A stretch of 64,000 bases of DNA from Longimicrobiales bacterium (GCA_965238005.1 OZ250165.1:864001-928000), one strand, 5' to 3'; positions 11,063-21,300 are shown, counted from the first letter of the stretch. Notes: generated from the letters alone by a model not told the origin. Made by a program: numbers and translations.

Positions 11063-12229
11063 TTAGGCTTCGGTGCTCGCTCTCCGCCCCGCCAGATACT
11101 CCGCCCACTGCTCCATCAGGACGCGGCGGCGCTCGAACAGGTCCGAGCGGGCGTAGGCGGCCTCCACCCTGTTGCGGACCGCGTGCGCCAGCGCCGCCTC
11201 CATAACCGCGTGCGGCGCGTCGGTGCGCTCCGCCGCCCAATCGCGGAAGCTCGAACGGAAGCCGTGCGGCACGGTCGCGATCCCGAGCGCCTTGAGAAGC
11301 CCGGCGAACTCGAAACTCGACAGCACCAGCCCCCGCGCCGACGGGAACACCCACTCCGAACGAGGCGCGTACGCCTTCGCCTCGGCCAAGATCTCCCTCG
11401 CTCGCGCCGACAGCGGCACCCGGTGCTCGCGCCGGCTCTTCATCCGCTCCGCCGGAATCGTCCACTCCCCGGCCTCCATGTCGATCTCCTCCCACCGCGT
11501 CCCACGCACCTCGCCCGACCGGCAGGCCGTCAGCACGAGGAACTCGATGCCCAGCTTCACCGCGACCCTCGCCTCGGCCCGCCGCACGGCCTCGACCGCC
11601 GCGGCCACCTCCCCGTAGGGCAGCGCCTTGTAGTGCTTCTGGATGCGAGGGGGTTTCGGCAACGCCGCCCCGATCGCATCGCCCGCCGGGTTGTCCACGC
11701 GGTAGCCCTGCGCGATCGCCCACCTCATCACCGTCGAAATCCGCTGACGGACCCGCTTGGCCGTCTGGTGCTTCTCGTTCCAGATCGGAAGCAACACGCC
11801 CATCACATCGGCCGATGAAATCCGGTCCACCCGCTTCCGCCCGACCCCCGGAAACGCGTACATGTGTAGCGTTGACATCCACTGGCCCGCGTGCCTGTCG
11901 GTCCAGGTCGGACGGTGCATCGCGAACACCTTGGCGGCCGCCTGCTCGAACGTCGGCACCGAGCGACGGGGTGTTGCCCTGGGGTCCCCGCCCGCTCTGG
12001 CCACCTTGCGGTTGGCCAGCGCGGCGTCGCGGGCCTCGGCCAGCGTCACGAGGCGGACGGGACCGAGCCCCAATTCTCTGCGCTTGCCGTGGACGAACAG
12101 GCGCTGGATCCACTGCTTGTAGCCGGACGGCTTGACCCGGAGCACGAGGCCGTGCTCGTCCCAGTAGAGGCCCGGCTGCCGGACGCTCCGCACGAAGGCG
12201 GCTGTGAGTTTCTTGCCGTGTCTGCCCAT
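11063..12229 (-). CDS. P4-like tyrosine integrase with N-terminal arm-binding domain
   Basis: GKRRELGLG..TLAEAR arm domain; catalytic TACRSGE, MK, HGFRSSF, LAH, AY. Confidence 0.95.
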   Translation of the reverse strand: MGRHGKKLTAAFVRSVRQPGLYWDEHGLVLRVKPSGYKQWIQRLFVHGKRRELGLGPVRLVTLAEARDAALANRKVARAGGDPRATPRRSVPTFEQAAAKVFAMHRPTWTDRHAGQWMSTLHMYAFPGVGRKRVDRISSADVMGVLLPIWNEKHQTAKRVRQRISTVMRWAIAQGYRVDNPAGDAIGAALPKPPRIQKHYKALPYGEVAAAVEAVRRAEARVAVKLGIEFLVLTACRSGEVRGTRWEEIDMEAGEWTIPAERMKSRREHRVPLSARAREILAEAKAYAPRSEWVFPSARGLVLSSFEFAGLLKALGIATVPHGFRSSFRDWAAERTDAPHAVMEAALAHAVRNRVEAAYARSDLFERRRVLMEQWAEYLAGRRASTEA

Positions 12230-12232
12230 CTG

Positions 12233-12268
12233 GTCACCCTTTCGCGATCACCCCTCTGATCACCCTTT
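12233..12268 (+). promoter_or_regulatory. Putative integrase arm-type sites (right att)
   Basis: Three RTCACCCYT units directly upstream of the integrase start codon. Confidence 0.7.
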
Positions 12269-12384
12269 CGGTGCTGGAACACACCGAACGCTCTGACACG
12301 GCAGTATAATATAAGTAGTTTTATAACAACAACTTCACTTGCTCTACGGGATTGCCTTAAACCTATCTGGACGGTGTGCAGAAG

Positions 12385-12921
12385 GAGTACCAGGCGTTCG
12401 CCACCGTGGGCCAGGACGACCCCGCTGGCGACGAGAAGGCCTTCGCGCTGACGCGGCAGTGCCGCTGCATCCCGATCGTCGCCACGCAGTCGATCTCCTC
12501 GCTCCGCTCCGTTCTGTCCGGCACGGACGCCTGGCGCACACTGGTCCAGACGCTCCGCACCCGGATCTTCCTGTCCTTGAGCGACGAGTCCTCGGCCAGG
12601 ATCGCGTCGGAGATGTGCGGCAGCGTCATGAAGACGCAGCCCTCCTACACGTTCACCGAGACCACGGGCCGGCCGGAGTTCTCGCTCCTGTCGGGACGCG
12701 CCGGAGGCGGACGGGGCACGATCGGCGCGAGCAAGTCGTTCCGGCAGGCGCGGGAGCCGGTCTTCACGCCCCGGGACTTCAGCCTCCTCGCCAACTATCA
12801 GGCGATCTGCCTGCCCTACGATGGCACGAAGTCCCTGCCGGCCCGGCGCGTCTACCTGAAGCCCCACTACCTGCCGAGGGGCACGGGTTACTGGCGGTTC
12901 CGCGAGGAGGGCCGGCTGTGA
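12385..12921 (+). pseudogene. virD4: VirD4/TraD-like coupling protein, C-terminal part
   Basis: EYQAFATVG..RQCRCIPIVATQSISSL..RTRIFLSLSD continues the N-terminal half in frame after excision. Confidence 0.88.
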
Positions 12922-13901
12922 AGCGCGCGAGCGGGATCGCGCACCTGCGACCGTTCCTGCCGGGCCTCGAGGCCGTGCTCGAGGATCCGGAGGTCTCCGA
13001 GCTCATGATCAACGGGCCGGGGAACGTCTGGGTCGAACGCGGCGGCGAGCTCGAGCCCATCGAGGCGCCGGCTCTCACCGCCGCCGCGCTCTACCGGGCG
13101 GCGATCCACATTGCGCGGCCGCTCGGGCTCGATCCCGCCGCCCGGCCCGTCCTCGACGCCCGGCTCGACGACGGCTCGAGGGTCGCCATATGCACGCCGC
13201 CCGCGAGCCCCCACGTGGCGATGACGATCCGCCGGTTCGGGGGCCGTGCGTTCTCCGCCGAGGACCTCGTCGGCCAGGGGGCTCTCCCCGAGACGGTGTT
13301 CCGGGCCGCCCGCGACGCCCTCCATTCCCGGCGCAACATCCTGGTCTCGGGAGGCACCGGCTCGGGCAAGACCACACTGCTGAACGCCCTGATCGAGCTG
13401 CTCCCCGAGGAGGAGCGGATCGTCGCCATCGAGGACACGCTCGAGCTCAGGATCGACCGGACCAACTGCCTGCGCTTCGAGGCCGGAGCCGCCGGCCTCG
13501 ACTCACCCGTGTCGATCCGCGACCTGGTCCGCCATGCGCTCCGCCACCGGCCCGACCACATCGTCGTCGGCGAGGTCAGGGGCGGCGAGGCCGCCGATCT
13601 GCTGCAGGCGCTGAACACCGGCCACGGCGGATCGCTCACCACCGTGCACGCGAACAACGCCCGCTCCGCGCTGTCGCGACTGGCGAGCTGCGCCATGCAG
13701 GCCGGAGGCGCCCTCCCCTGGGAGGTCACCTGCCGAGGCGTGGTCGACGGCATCCATCTGGTCGTCCACATGACCCGTCGAGGGGGCCGACGCTTCGTCG
13801 AGGAAGCGCTCCGTGTGAAGGGCTACGAGGCGGCCGCCAACCGCTGGCTCACCGAGACGATATGGAGGAAGGACGATGAAGAACAAACAGAAAAGGAGTG
13901 A
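12918..13901 (+). CDS. virB11: VirB11/CpaF-family secretion ATPase
   Basis: ELMINGP, GGTGSGKTT, IEDTLEL, LRHRPDHIVVGEVRG, NTGHGGSLTTVHA; GTGA coupling to virD4. Confidence 0.92.
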   Translation: MKRASGIAHLRPFLPGLEAVLEDPEVSELMINGPGNVWVERGGELEPIEAPALTAAALYRAAIHIARPLGLDPAARPVLDARLDDGSRVAICTPPASPHVAMTIRRFGGRAFSAEDLVGQGALPETVFRAARDALHSRRNILVSGGTGSGKTTLLNALIELLPEEERIVAIEDTLELRIDRTNCLRFEAGAAGLDSPVSIRDLVRHALRHRPDHIVVGEVRGGEAADLLQALNTGHGGSLTTVHANNARSALSRLASCAMQAGGALPWEVTCRGVVDGIHLVVHMTRRGGRRFVEEALRVKGYEAAANRWLTETIWRKDDEEQTEKE

Positions 13902-13905
13902 GGAC

Positions 13906-14109
13906 ATGGAAAGCGACGAGAAGATCGTCCGCGTCGAGACGCTCGACGACTTCGACCGCGAGCTCGCGCGCGACGGGGGCGAGGCCCTCGAGGTGCCAGC
14001 ATCGCTGGCCGAGCAGTACGGCCTCTTCCCCGAGGACGTGGGCACCGAAGACGAGATCCGGGACGCCTCGGAGGATCCGCACGGCCGGGAGGAGGAGGAG
14101 GACCGATGA
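13906..14109 (+). CDS. Small acidic hypothetical protein
   Basis: RBS (GAGGA) plus ATG; stop overlaps the ardC start (ATGA). Confidence 0.55.
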   Translation: MESDEKIVRVETLDDFDRELARDGGEALEVPASLAEQYGLFPEDVGTEDEIRDASEDPHGREEEEDR

Positions 14110-15134
14110 AACACGACGAATACCACCGCCAGTTCGCCGATGCGATCATCGAGCAGATCCGCCAGGGCACGGCACCGTGGCAGAAGCCCTGGGGGCCGGG
14201 CGAGCGTGTGCTCCCCGCTAACGTCGATACCGGACGCTCCTACGCGGGAGGCAACAGCCTGCACCTTGCCGCCGTCCAGCAGGAGCGCGGCTACGGCGAC
14301 GTGCGCTGGGGAACCTACCGCCAGATCCAGGCCCGGGGCGGACAGGTGCGGAAGGGCGAGCAGGGCACCCGCATCCTCTCATTCCAGGACCACCGGAGGA
14401 TCGCCGTCACCGACGAGCGCGGCCGGCCCGTCAGGGACAACGAAGGCAAGCGCGTCTACCGCCACGAGCGGATGCGCGCGCCCGTCGTCCGGCAGTACAC
14501 CGTCTTCAACGCAGAGCAGGCGGACGGGCTCCCGGCCCGGCCCGCGCCCGCTGCCGAGCCGCTCTGGAAGGCCCACCAGGAGGCCGAACGCGTCCTCGCG
14601 GACAGCGGCGTCCCCGTCCGTCACGTGGCGGGGGACCGGGCGTACTACAACCTGAACCGCGACGAGATCGTGCTGCCCGAGCGGGCACAGTTCCCCTCTG
14701 CCAATCACTACTACCAGACCGCGCTCCACGAGCTGGGGCACAGCACGGGCCACCCGGAGCGGATGAACCGCGCCACCCTCGTCGAGGGGATGAGCGAAGG
14801 GTTCGGCTCGCCGGCCTACGCGAAGGAGGAGCTCCGCGCCGAGATCAGCGCCATGATGACGGGCGAGCGGGTCGGCGTGGGCCACGACCCGAGCCGGGGC
14901 GCCGCCTACGTCGAGGGCTGGGTCGCCGCCCTCAAGGAGGACCCCCGCGAGATCCGCCGCGCCGCGGCCGACGCACAGAAGATCTCCGACTTCGTGCTCG
15001 CCCGAAGCCGTGAGCGCGAGCCCGAGCGCGAGCCGGCGCCCGTGGCGGCCACCCGCGCGCCCGCCCGGGAGCCCGCCGTCCGGCCGGAGCTTCCGCTGCC
15101 GCTACCGAACCGGAGCTTCGGCCCGCGCCGCTGA
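14106..15134 (+). CDS. ardC: ArdC-like ssDNA-binding antirestriction protein with zincin domain
   Basis: PWQKPW, YAGGN, WGTYRQ..GGQVRKGE, YTVFNAEQ, HELGH, YAKEELRAE. Confidence 0.92.
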   Translation: MKHDEYHRQFADAIIEQIRQGTAPWQKPWGPGERVLPANVDTGRSYAGGNSLHLAAVQQERGYGDVRWGTYRQIQARGGQVRKGEQGTRILSFQDHRRIAVTDERGRPVRDNEGKRVYRHERMRAPVVRQYTVFNAEQADGLPARPAPAAEPLWKAHQEAERVLADSGVPVRHVAGDRAYYNLNRDEIVLPERAQFPSANHYYQTALHELGHSTGHPERMNRATLVEGMSEGFGSPAYAKEELRAEISAMMTGERVGVGHDPSRGAAYVEGWVAALKEDPREIRRAAADAQKISDFVLARSREREPEREPAPVAATRAPAREPAVRPELPLPLPNRSFGPRR

Positions 15135-15152
15135 CGCCCAAGGAGGGACAAC

Positions 15153-16034
15153 ATGATGGACCGAACGATCGAATCGGACCCGCGCCCCGCCGCGCCACAA
15201 AGCCGCACTCACTACCGCATGCGGGACGGCCATCGCCGAGAATACGACGCGCGCGAGGGCGCCGGGTCCATCTCCTTCCGCGAACGGTGCCGTGGGGCGC
15301 TCGCCGACATCGGCATCTACGGCGCCGTCTCCGTCCGCGATCTCGCCGAGGCTCACTTCGGCGGCCATCCCTACACCACCCGGCGGGCCGTGAACGCCTG
15401 GACCCGCGAAGGGCTCGCCCAAGAAACCCGAGCCACTGGACCCAACGGCAACCCGTTCAAGGTTCTGACGCTCACACGGAGCGGCGTCGCCGCCACACGT
15501 GAGCTGGCCTCCGCGCGAGGGCTGGATCCCGGCCAGGAGATCGGTATCGCTCGCCTCCAACGCTCCCAGCTCGCACACGACACCGCGATCTACAGGGCCT
15601 GCGGGCTCGAACGCCAACGCCTGCTCGAGCGGGGCGCCCGGGTCCGGCGTGTCCGCTTGGACGGCGAGCTCAAGAGCACCGTCGCGCGCAAGAGCGAGGC
15701 CGCAAGGGCGAGAGACGGCCGGCGGGCCGCAGACGCCGAACGGCACCGCGCCGCCCAAGAACTGGACCTGCCTATCGACGCCCGGGGACGCGTGCTCTAC
15801 CCCGATGCACAGATCGAATACACCGACTCCGACGGGCGGAGCGGCCGCGTCAACATCGAGGTCGCCTCCGGCAACTACCGCCAGGGAGCGGTCCGGGCCA
15901 AGGCCGCCGCCGGGTTCCGGATGCACGCCAACGGACCGGCCGGGAGACGGGTCCTCCGAATCCTCGGGCCGGGCAGCGATCGTAGCTCCCTGCGTGGCCC
16001 GGCGGAGCACGACCCCGCGGCGCTCGAGCTCTAA
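15153..16034 (+). CDS. wHTH plus PD-(D/E)XK-like protein (replication-relaxation-like, tentative)
   Basis: wHTH-like N-terminal half, LAHD, YPDAQIEY..VNIEV..Y..K. Confidence 0.6.
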   Translation: MMDRTIESDPRPAAPQSRTHYRMRDGHRREYDAREGAGSISFRERCRGALADIGIYGAVSVRDLAEAHFGGHPYTTRRAVNAWTREGLAQETRATGPNGNPFKVLTLTRSGVAATRELASARGLDPGQEIGIARLQRSQLAHDTAIYRACGLERQRLLERGARVRRVRLDGELKSTVARKSEAARARDGRRAADAERHRAAQELDLPIDARGRVLYPDAQIEYTDSDGRSGRVNIEVASGNYRQGAVRAKAAAGFRMHANGPAGRRVLRILGPGSDRSSLRGPAEHDPAALEL

Positions 16035-16043
16035 GGACCTCGC

Positions 16044-16358
16044 GTGCAACCCTGGAAGATCAGCGTAGGGCTCAGCGCTGCCCTTGCCGGCTCGGTCGTC
16101 CTCCTAGCCGGATCCCGCCTCGAGTACCTCGCGCCGTTCTGGCCGCTGATCCTCGCCGACTATGGCGCCGTCGTGGTCATGCACCTGGGGTTGGCGCTAG
16201 CGGCGGTCCTGGCTTCCCTCTACGCCGTCGCGCGCGCCGCCGGGCTCTCCGACCTGGGGCGCCGCGTCGATCTCGTCGAACGCTCCGTTCGGCGCGGCGA
16301 AGGCGATCCCGCACTCGCCGACGCGCTCCGCAGGGATGCGGAGGGCGAGTGGGACTGA
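16044..16358 (+). CDS. Hypothetical membrane protein
   Basis: Two hydrophobic segments; RBS AAGGA. Confidence 0.55.
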   Translation: MQPWKISVGLSAALAGSVVLLAGSRLEYLAPFWPLILADYGAVVVMHLGLALAAVLASLYAVARAAGLSDLGRRVDLVERSVRRGEGDPALADALRRDAEGEWD

Positions 16359-16925
16359 GCCCAGACCCTTGCCGGGGCTGGACGCGTCCCCGGAAGACGC
16401 ACTCCCGATGTGGAGCTGGTGAGCCTCGAACTACGACTGGTGAAATGGATCGTCGGTGCCGCGCTGGCCGGCGCCGCCCTCGTCATCGCGGCCGTATGGC
16501 TCTTCGGCGGCCAGCCTTACATCCCCGTTTTTGGGGCTTAGGAGCCGTCCCAAGAAGGCTTAGCAGCTTCTGGGCGCCTAGAAGCCGTTTACCCCCCCGG
16601 ATCCGTCTCCAGGTCCTCGACGTCGGCCTGCTCCGCGCCGCCCTCGCCCTCCTGGAAGCCGAACTCGGCCGCGATGGACCAGCTGCAAGCGACCGGCAGC
16701 CCCAAGTCGCCGGTCGCGTCCAGCGTCGCGCCGAGGTCGGCCGATCGCCAAATCAAGACCACAGGCTCGCCGCCGAGCATCGTGATCGTCACGTCTCCTC
16801 CTCCTGGGCCATTCGGCAGGGTTGACCTCATCCGGGAATCGTGACCGTAGGGACCCGTAACCACGGGACACAGCGGCCGATATAGCCGGTGGAGGCCCGT
16901 CCGGTCTGGCCCGCCCGGGATCCAC

Positions 16926-17090
16926 CTACGCCTCGTGGGGGTCGGGCATGCGGTAGCCGACGCCGTGCTCGTTGAAGATGTAGGCGGGAGTGGAGGCGGT
17001 GTCGCCGAGCTTGCGGCGGAGCCTCCTGACCGCGGTTCGCACGCGGTCGGCGTCGCCGGACTCGCGCCTGCCCCACACCTGACGGAGCAG
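16926..17090 (-). pseudogene. C-terminal winged-helix fragment of an OmpR/KdpE-type regulator
   Basis: Manual translation LLRQVWG..RVRTAVRRLRRKLGDTASTPAYIFNEHGVGYRMP*; receiver domain absent. Confidence 0.8.
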
Positions 17091-17197
17091 GCCTCGGCGA
17101 ACCCGTTCCTCCGCCGGACTGCCGGGGACTGGGGGATAGCGCCGTCCGGGCCGCCTGTCACGACCATGACATGCGAGTTTTTCGCATTGTCACGGTA

Positions 17198-17226
17198 TTG
17201 GTCACTAAAACCGCGTAGATTAGAGT
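17198..17226 (+). promoter_or_regulatory. Candidate sigma70 promoter abutting the left lox-like site
   Basis: TTGGTC-N17-TAGAGT. Confidence 0.35.
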
Positions 17227-17260
17227 CAAGCTCCCGATAGTTGTAACTATCGGGAGCAAC
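17227..17260. other. lox-like recombination site (left)
   Basis: CAAGCTCCCGATA-GTTGTAAC-TATCGGGAGCAAC, 13-8-13; outer 3 nt of the right arm degenerate. Confidence 0.88.
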
Positions 17261-17308
17261 GCCGCATGGAAAGTGTGACGAAGCGGCTGCACGTCAACCC
17301 TTCGGCGC

Positions 17309-18295
17309 TCACTTGCGCTTCTGCAGCCGTGCGAGCTGCGCGGCGCCGTTCCGCTGCGCGAGAAGCCGCTCGCCGTAGCGCTGCACCATCGAGGCGCTCT
17401 TCCAGCGTCCGGCCTGCATGATTGCGGGGATCCCGATCCCCGAGGCGATCATGTCCTGGGCCGCGCCCACGCGCGGGCTGTGCCCGGAGATCCGCCGCAC
17501 CATGTCGGAAGGCAGGCCCGCGCGCTCGGCCATCGCGCGGTAGATGCGGGGCACCTGGCTTGCGTCGAGCGCCTCGCCCAAGGCGCCGTCCTTCGTGACC
17601 GAACGGAACAGCCTGCCCGAGGCGATGCCGCTCCGGTCGAGCCACGCCCGCACCAGCTTCACGGTGTCGCGGTGGAGGTAGAGCGTCGCGCCGCCGCCGC
17701 CGGAATCGGTCTTGCCGCACCGCACGAGGAGCGAGGCCGATCCTCCCCTATCCACGGTCATGTCAACGACTTGCAGCGCGACCAGCTCGGATCGCCGGAG
17801 CATCGCGTCGTAGGCGACGGCGAGGAGGGCGCGGTTCCGCAGGTCGATTGGCCGGTCGCCCGCGGCCGCGATCAGGCGCCGCCGGAGCCTCCAGGTCAGC
17901 CCCTGTACCTGCCTCTGCCGAGACCCATTCCTTCGGCGCATGCGCTGGAGCGCCCGCTGCACGGCGGCGTGCTCGAGCGGGCTTTGCTCCCCGGCCGCCC
18001 TGTGCGCCACGGTGAGGCTGAAGACGTAGCGGCGCACGGTGGCCGGGGCCCGGCCACCGGCCATCGCATCGACGTACGCCGCCACCGTCTCCGCTCGCGC
18101 GGGCAGCGGCGAGAGGTCCCGCTCGGCGCACCACGACGCGAACGCGTCCAGATCCGCCCTGAGCGCCCGGACGGTATGGCCGCTGAGGGCACCCCGGGCG
18201 TCATCGAGGCAGGCATCGAGGCGTTCTCCGGTTTGTGACAATGTGATGGCACGGTCTGAAGGACCTGACACGCGTCCCGGACCCGTAATCCGCAT
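17309..18295 (-). CDS. Cre-like tyrosine recombinase
   Basis: RNRALLAVAYDAMLRRSEL, GKTD, SGHSPRVGAAQDM, IPAIMQAGRW, MVQRY (R-K-H-R-W-Y set as in Cre); ATG after GGAGG. Confidence 0.93.
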   Translation of the reverse strand: MRITGPGRVSGPSDRAITLSQTGERLDACLDDARGALSGHTVRALRADLDAFASWCAERDLSPLPARAETVAAYVDAMAGGRAPATVRRYVFSLTVAHRAAGEQSPLEHAAVQRALQRMRRRNGSRQRQVQGLTWRLRRRLIAAAGDRPIDLRNRALLAVAYDAMLRRSELVALQVVDMTVDRGGSASLLVRCGKTDSGGGGATLYLHRDTVKLVRAWLDRSGIASGRLFRSVTKDGALGEALDASQVPRIYRAMAERAGLPSDMVRRISGHSPRVGAAQDMIASGIGIPAIMQAGRWKSASMVQRYGERLLAQRNGAAQLARLQKRK

Positions 18296-18330
18296 AAACA
18301 CCTCCGCAACAACAACATACGTGAATTCAG

Positions 18331-18364
18331 CAAGCTCCCGATAGTTACAACTATCGGGAGCTTG
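18331..18364. other. lox-like recombination site (right), inverted relative to the left site
   Basis: CAAGCTCCCGATA-GTTACAAC-TATCGGGAGCTTG; perfect arms; spacer is the reverse complement of the left spacer. Confidence 0.9.
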
Positions 18365-18389
18365 AAAACCCTGTCGCGAAAGGTTTGGG

Positions 18390-21300
18390 ATGTCGGAGGA
18401 AACGTGCTGGTCTGGTCAGCCGCGGGCAGAAGGTGGCGGAATCACTGGTCTCCGGCGCCAAATCGCGCGCCAGCCGGGACTTCTTGTGGGCGCCGGGCTG
18501 GTGTTTGCGCGTACCGCGTCCGCGACATGGCGGGGATTGCTCGTCGCGTCGCTCCTCGCCCCCGCTGCGGTGGCTTCCGCCCGCCCCGCCTCCGCACAAG
18601 CCGAGATCGAACTCCTGAGTGCGACGCTCACGCCGGCACAACAGCCGCCGCTGACGCTCACCGACGGTAGGATCCAGACCTTCATCGGCTGCCAGCAAGC
18701 TGTGTCCGAGCGCCGATGCAGCACCCACATGACGGACCACGACTTCACCGAAGAGGCCGTCAACTACATTGTCAAGACCTTAGTGTATGTACGCGAGGAA
18801 AGCGCTGAAAATGTCGCCCCAGCTATCTCGATAGTTTTCAATCCGGGGTTGTCGACCCGTCTCCAGACGATGACGCTGCAGGTCGGGGATTCTGCCTTGG
18901 CTTTCCCGGCGGCACGTGGATCCTACGATGGCAACAGCTTCTCTGATCGGACCTGGGATATTGGGTTCGAATGGACCGAAGGAACCCCCGTATCGATCCG
19001 GCTGACGCGTCCGAACGTCGCCCCCACGGCGGTCGACGGTGGAGTCGGGACGTACCTGAACGAGGCGTACACGTTCGAGGCGTCGGATTTCGGGTTTTCG
19101 GACGTGGACGAGGAGCACGGCCAGAGCCTTCAGAACGTGAGGATCGTGGCGCTCCCCGCCTCGGGGACGGTGATGCTCGGAGGCACGGCGGTGACGGCCG
19201 GCGAGTCGGTGGCGAAGGGGGACCTCGACGCCGGACGGCTCACGTACACCCAGCCCGGCACCGACCCGGAGGATGCGAGCTTCACCTTCAAGGTGAGCGA
19301 CGGCACGGCGGAGAGCGATGGGCCGTACACGATGGACATCGAGGTGCGTTCCCCGGCGCCGGGGCCGCCGGAGAACCTGACCGCCGCCGCAGGCGACGGC
19401 GCGGCTACCCTTGGCTGGGAGGCACCGGCGAACAGCGGCGCCTCGGCGATCGTCCGCTACGAAGTCCGCCATGCGGCGGCCAACTCGGTGCCGATGAACA
19501 CGGCCTGGCAGTCCGTCGGGCTGACTTTGAGCCACTCGATCACCGGGCTGACGAACGGGCAGGTCTACACGTTTGAGGTGCGCGCGGTGAACGGCTCCAA
19601 CCCGGCCGAAGGCCCTGCGGCGGAGGTGCGGGCCACGCCAGCACCAGTCGTCTCCATCACCCCCGGTTTCCTGTCCGTTGCCGAAGATGCCGGCGAGGCC
19701 GTGCTGACGGTTTCGCTGCACCGGCCCGCCGAGTCCGCGCTGTCGGTTTCCTGGCATACGCAGGATGAACGCGCGGACGCGCCGAACGACTACACGGCCC
19801 GGCAGGATGCGGTGACTTTCGCCGCCGGTGAAGACCGGAAGACCGTTTCCGTGCCCATCGTGGACGACGCGGTGCGGGAGGACCCGGTCCATGACGTACA
19901 CGAGACGTTCTTCGTCATCCTCGAGGCAGGCCAGGGCTACAGCCGGAGCGACAGCTCGTACGCCCTCGTGGAGATCGTCGACAACGACGGAGACGCCGCG
20001 CCGGACGTGACGCCGCCGCGGCTCCTCCAAAGGACGGTGAACGGCACCACGCTGGTGCTTACCTACGACGAGACGCTCGACGACGCGTCGGTCCCGGCCC
20101 CGGGCGACTTCGTCGTTGCGGCGGCTGGGAACACAATCAACGTGACCCAAGTGAGCGTCGACGGATCGAGAGTGACGCTGACGCTGGCCGTCCCCGTCCA
20201 GCCCAGCCAGGCGGTGTCGATCGACTACACGCCGGGGGCGACCCCGATCCAGGACGCGTCGGGCAACGACGCGGGTCCGATCTCGGGCATGGACGTACGG
20301 CCGCCGCAGCTCACCCGGGCGACGGTGAACGCAAGCAGGCTGGTCCTGACCTACGACGAGACGCTTGACGGCGCGTCGATCCCGGCCCCGGGCGACTTCG
20401 TCGTGACGGCGGCGGGGAGCACGGTCGGAGTGAACGGTGTGAGCGTGGGCGGCTCGGCGGTGACGCTGACGCTGGCCACCGCCGTCCAGGCGAACCAGGC
20501 GGTGACGCTCGACTACACGCCGGGCGCGAGCCCGACCCAGGACGTGGCGGGCAACGACGCGGCGGCGCTCTCCGGGCAGGCCGTGACCAACAACACTCCG
20601 GGAAGCGGTGAAGGCAGCGGCGGTGGTACTGGTGATCCCTCGGTGCCGGGCGCACCTGCGTCCCTGACGGCGACGGCGGGGGACGAAGAGGTGGCGCTCG
20701 TCTGGAGCGCGCCCGCGGACGATGGCGGCGCACCCGTCACCGGCTACGAGTACCGCTACACGGTGGGAGACGCGGTGCCCGGGGATACGCCGTGGCAGTC
20801 CGCCGGGCTCAACCTCGAGTGGACGGTGACCGGCCTGACCAATGGCCAGCAGTATGCCTTCGAGGTGCGGGCGCTGAGCCGCGTGGGCGAGGGTGCAGCA
20901 CGGGGAGCCCTGGCCACGCCGGTTGGGCGGCTGGGCGTGCCCGCATCCCTGACGGCGACGGCGGGCGACGAAGAGGTGGAGCTGGCCTGGAGCGCGCCCG
21001 CGGACGATGGCGGCGCGCCCGTCACCGGCTACGAGTACCGCTACGCGGCGGGAGCTGCGGTGCCCGAGGATACGCCGTGGCAGTCCGCCGGGCTCAACTT
21101 CGAGTGGACGGTGACCGGCCTGACCAATGGCCAACGATACGCCTTCGAGGTGCGGGCGCGGAACCGCGTGGGCGAAGGCGAGGCGCGGGGAGCCCTGGCC
21201 ACGCCGGTGGGGCGGCCGGGCGTGCTAGCATCCCTGACGGCGACGGCGGGCGATGGAGAGGTGGCGCTCGTCTGGAGTGCGCCCGCGGACGATGGCGGCG

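Larger units (their letters stand above)
8197..12393. mobile_element. 4.2-kb tyrosine-integrase integrative element inserted in virD4
   Basis: 9-bp direct repeat GAGTACCAG at 8197-8205 and 12385-12393; integrase next to the right end; arm-type repeats and AT-rich tracts at both ends. Confidence 0.9.

Noticed and set aside
17227..18364. Palindromes as Rho-independent terminators or Xer dif sites
   Set aside because: There is no U-tract, the same palindrome occurs at both gene ends with inverted spacers, and both arms are the same sequence, unlike XerC/XerD half-sites.
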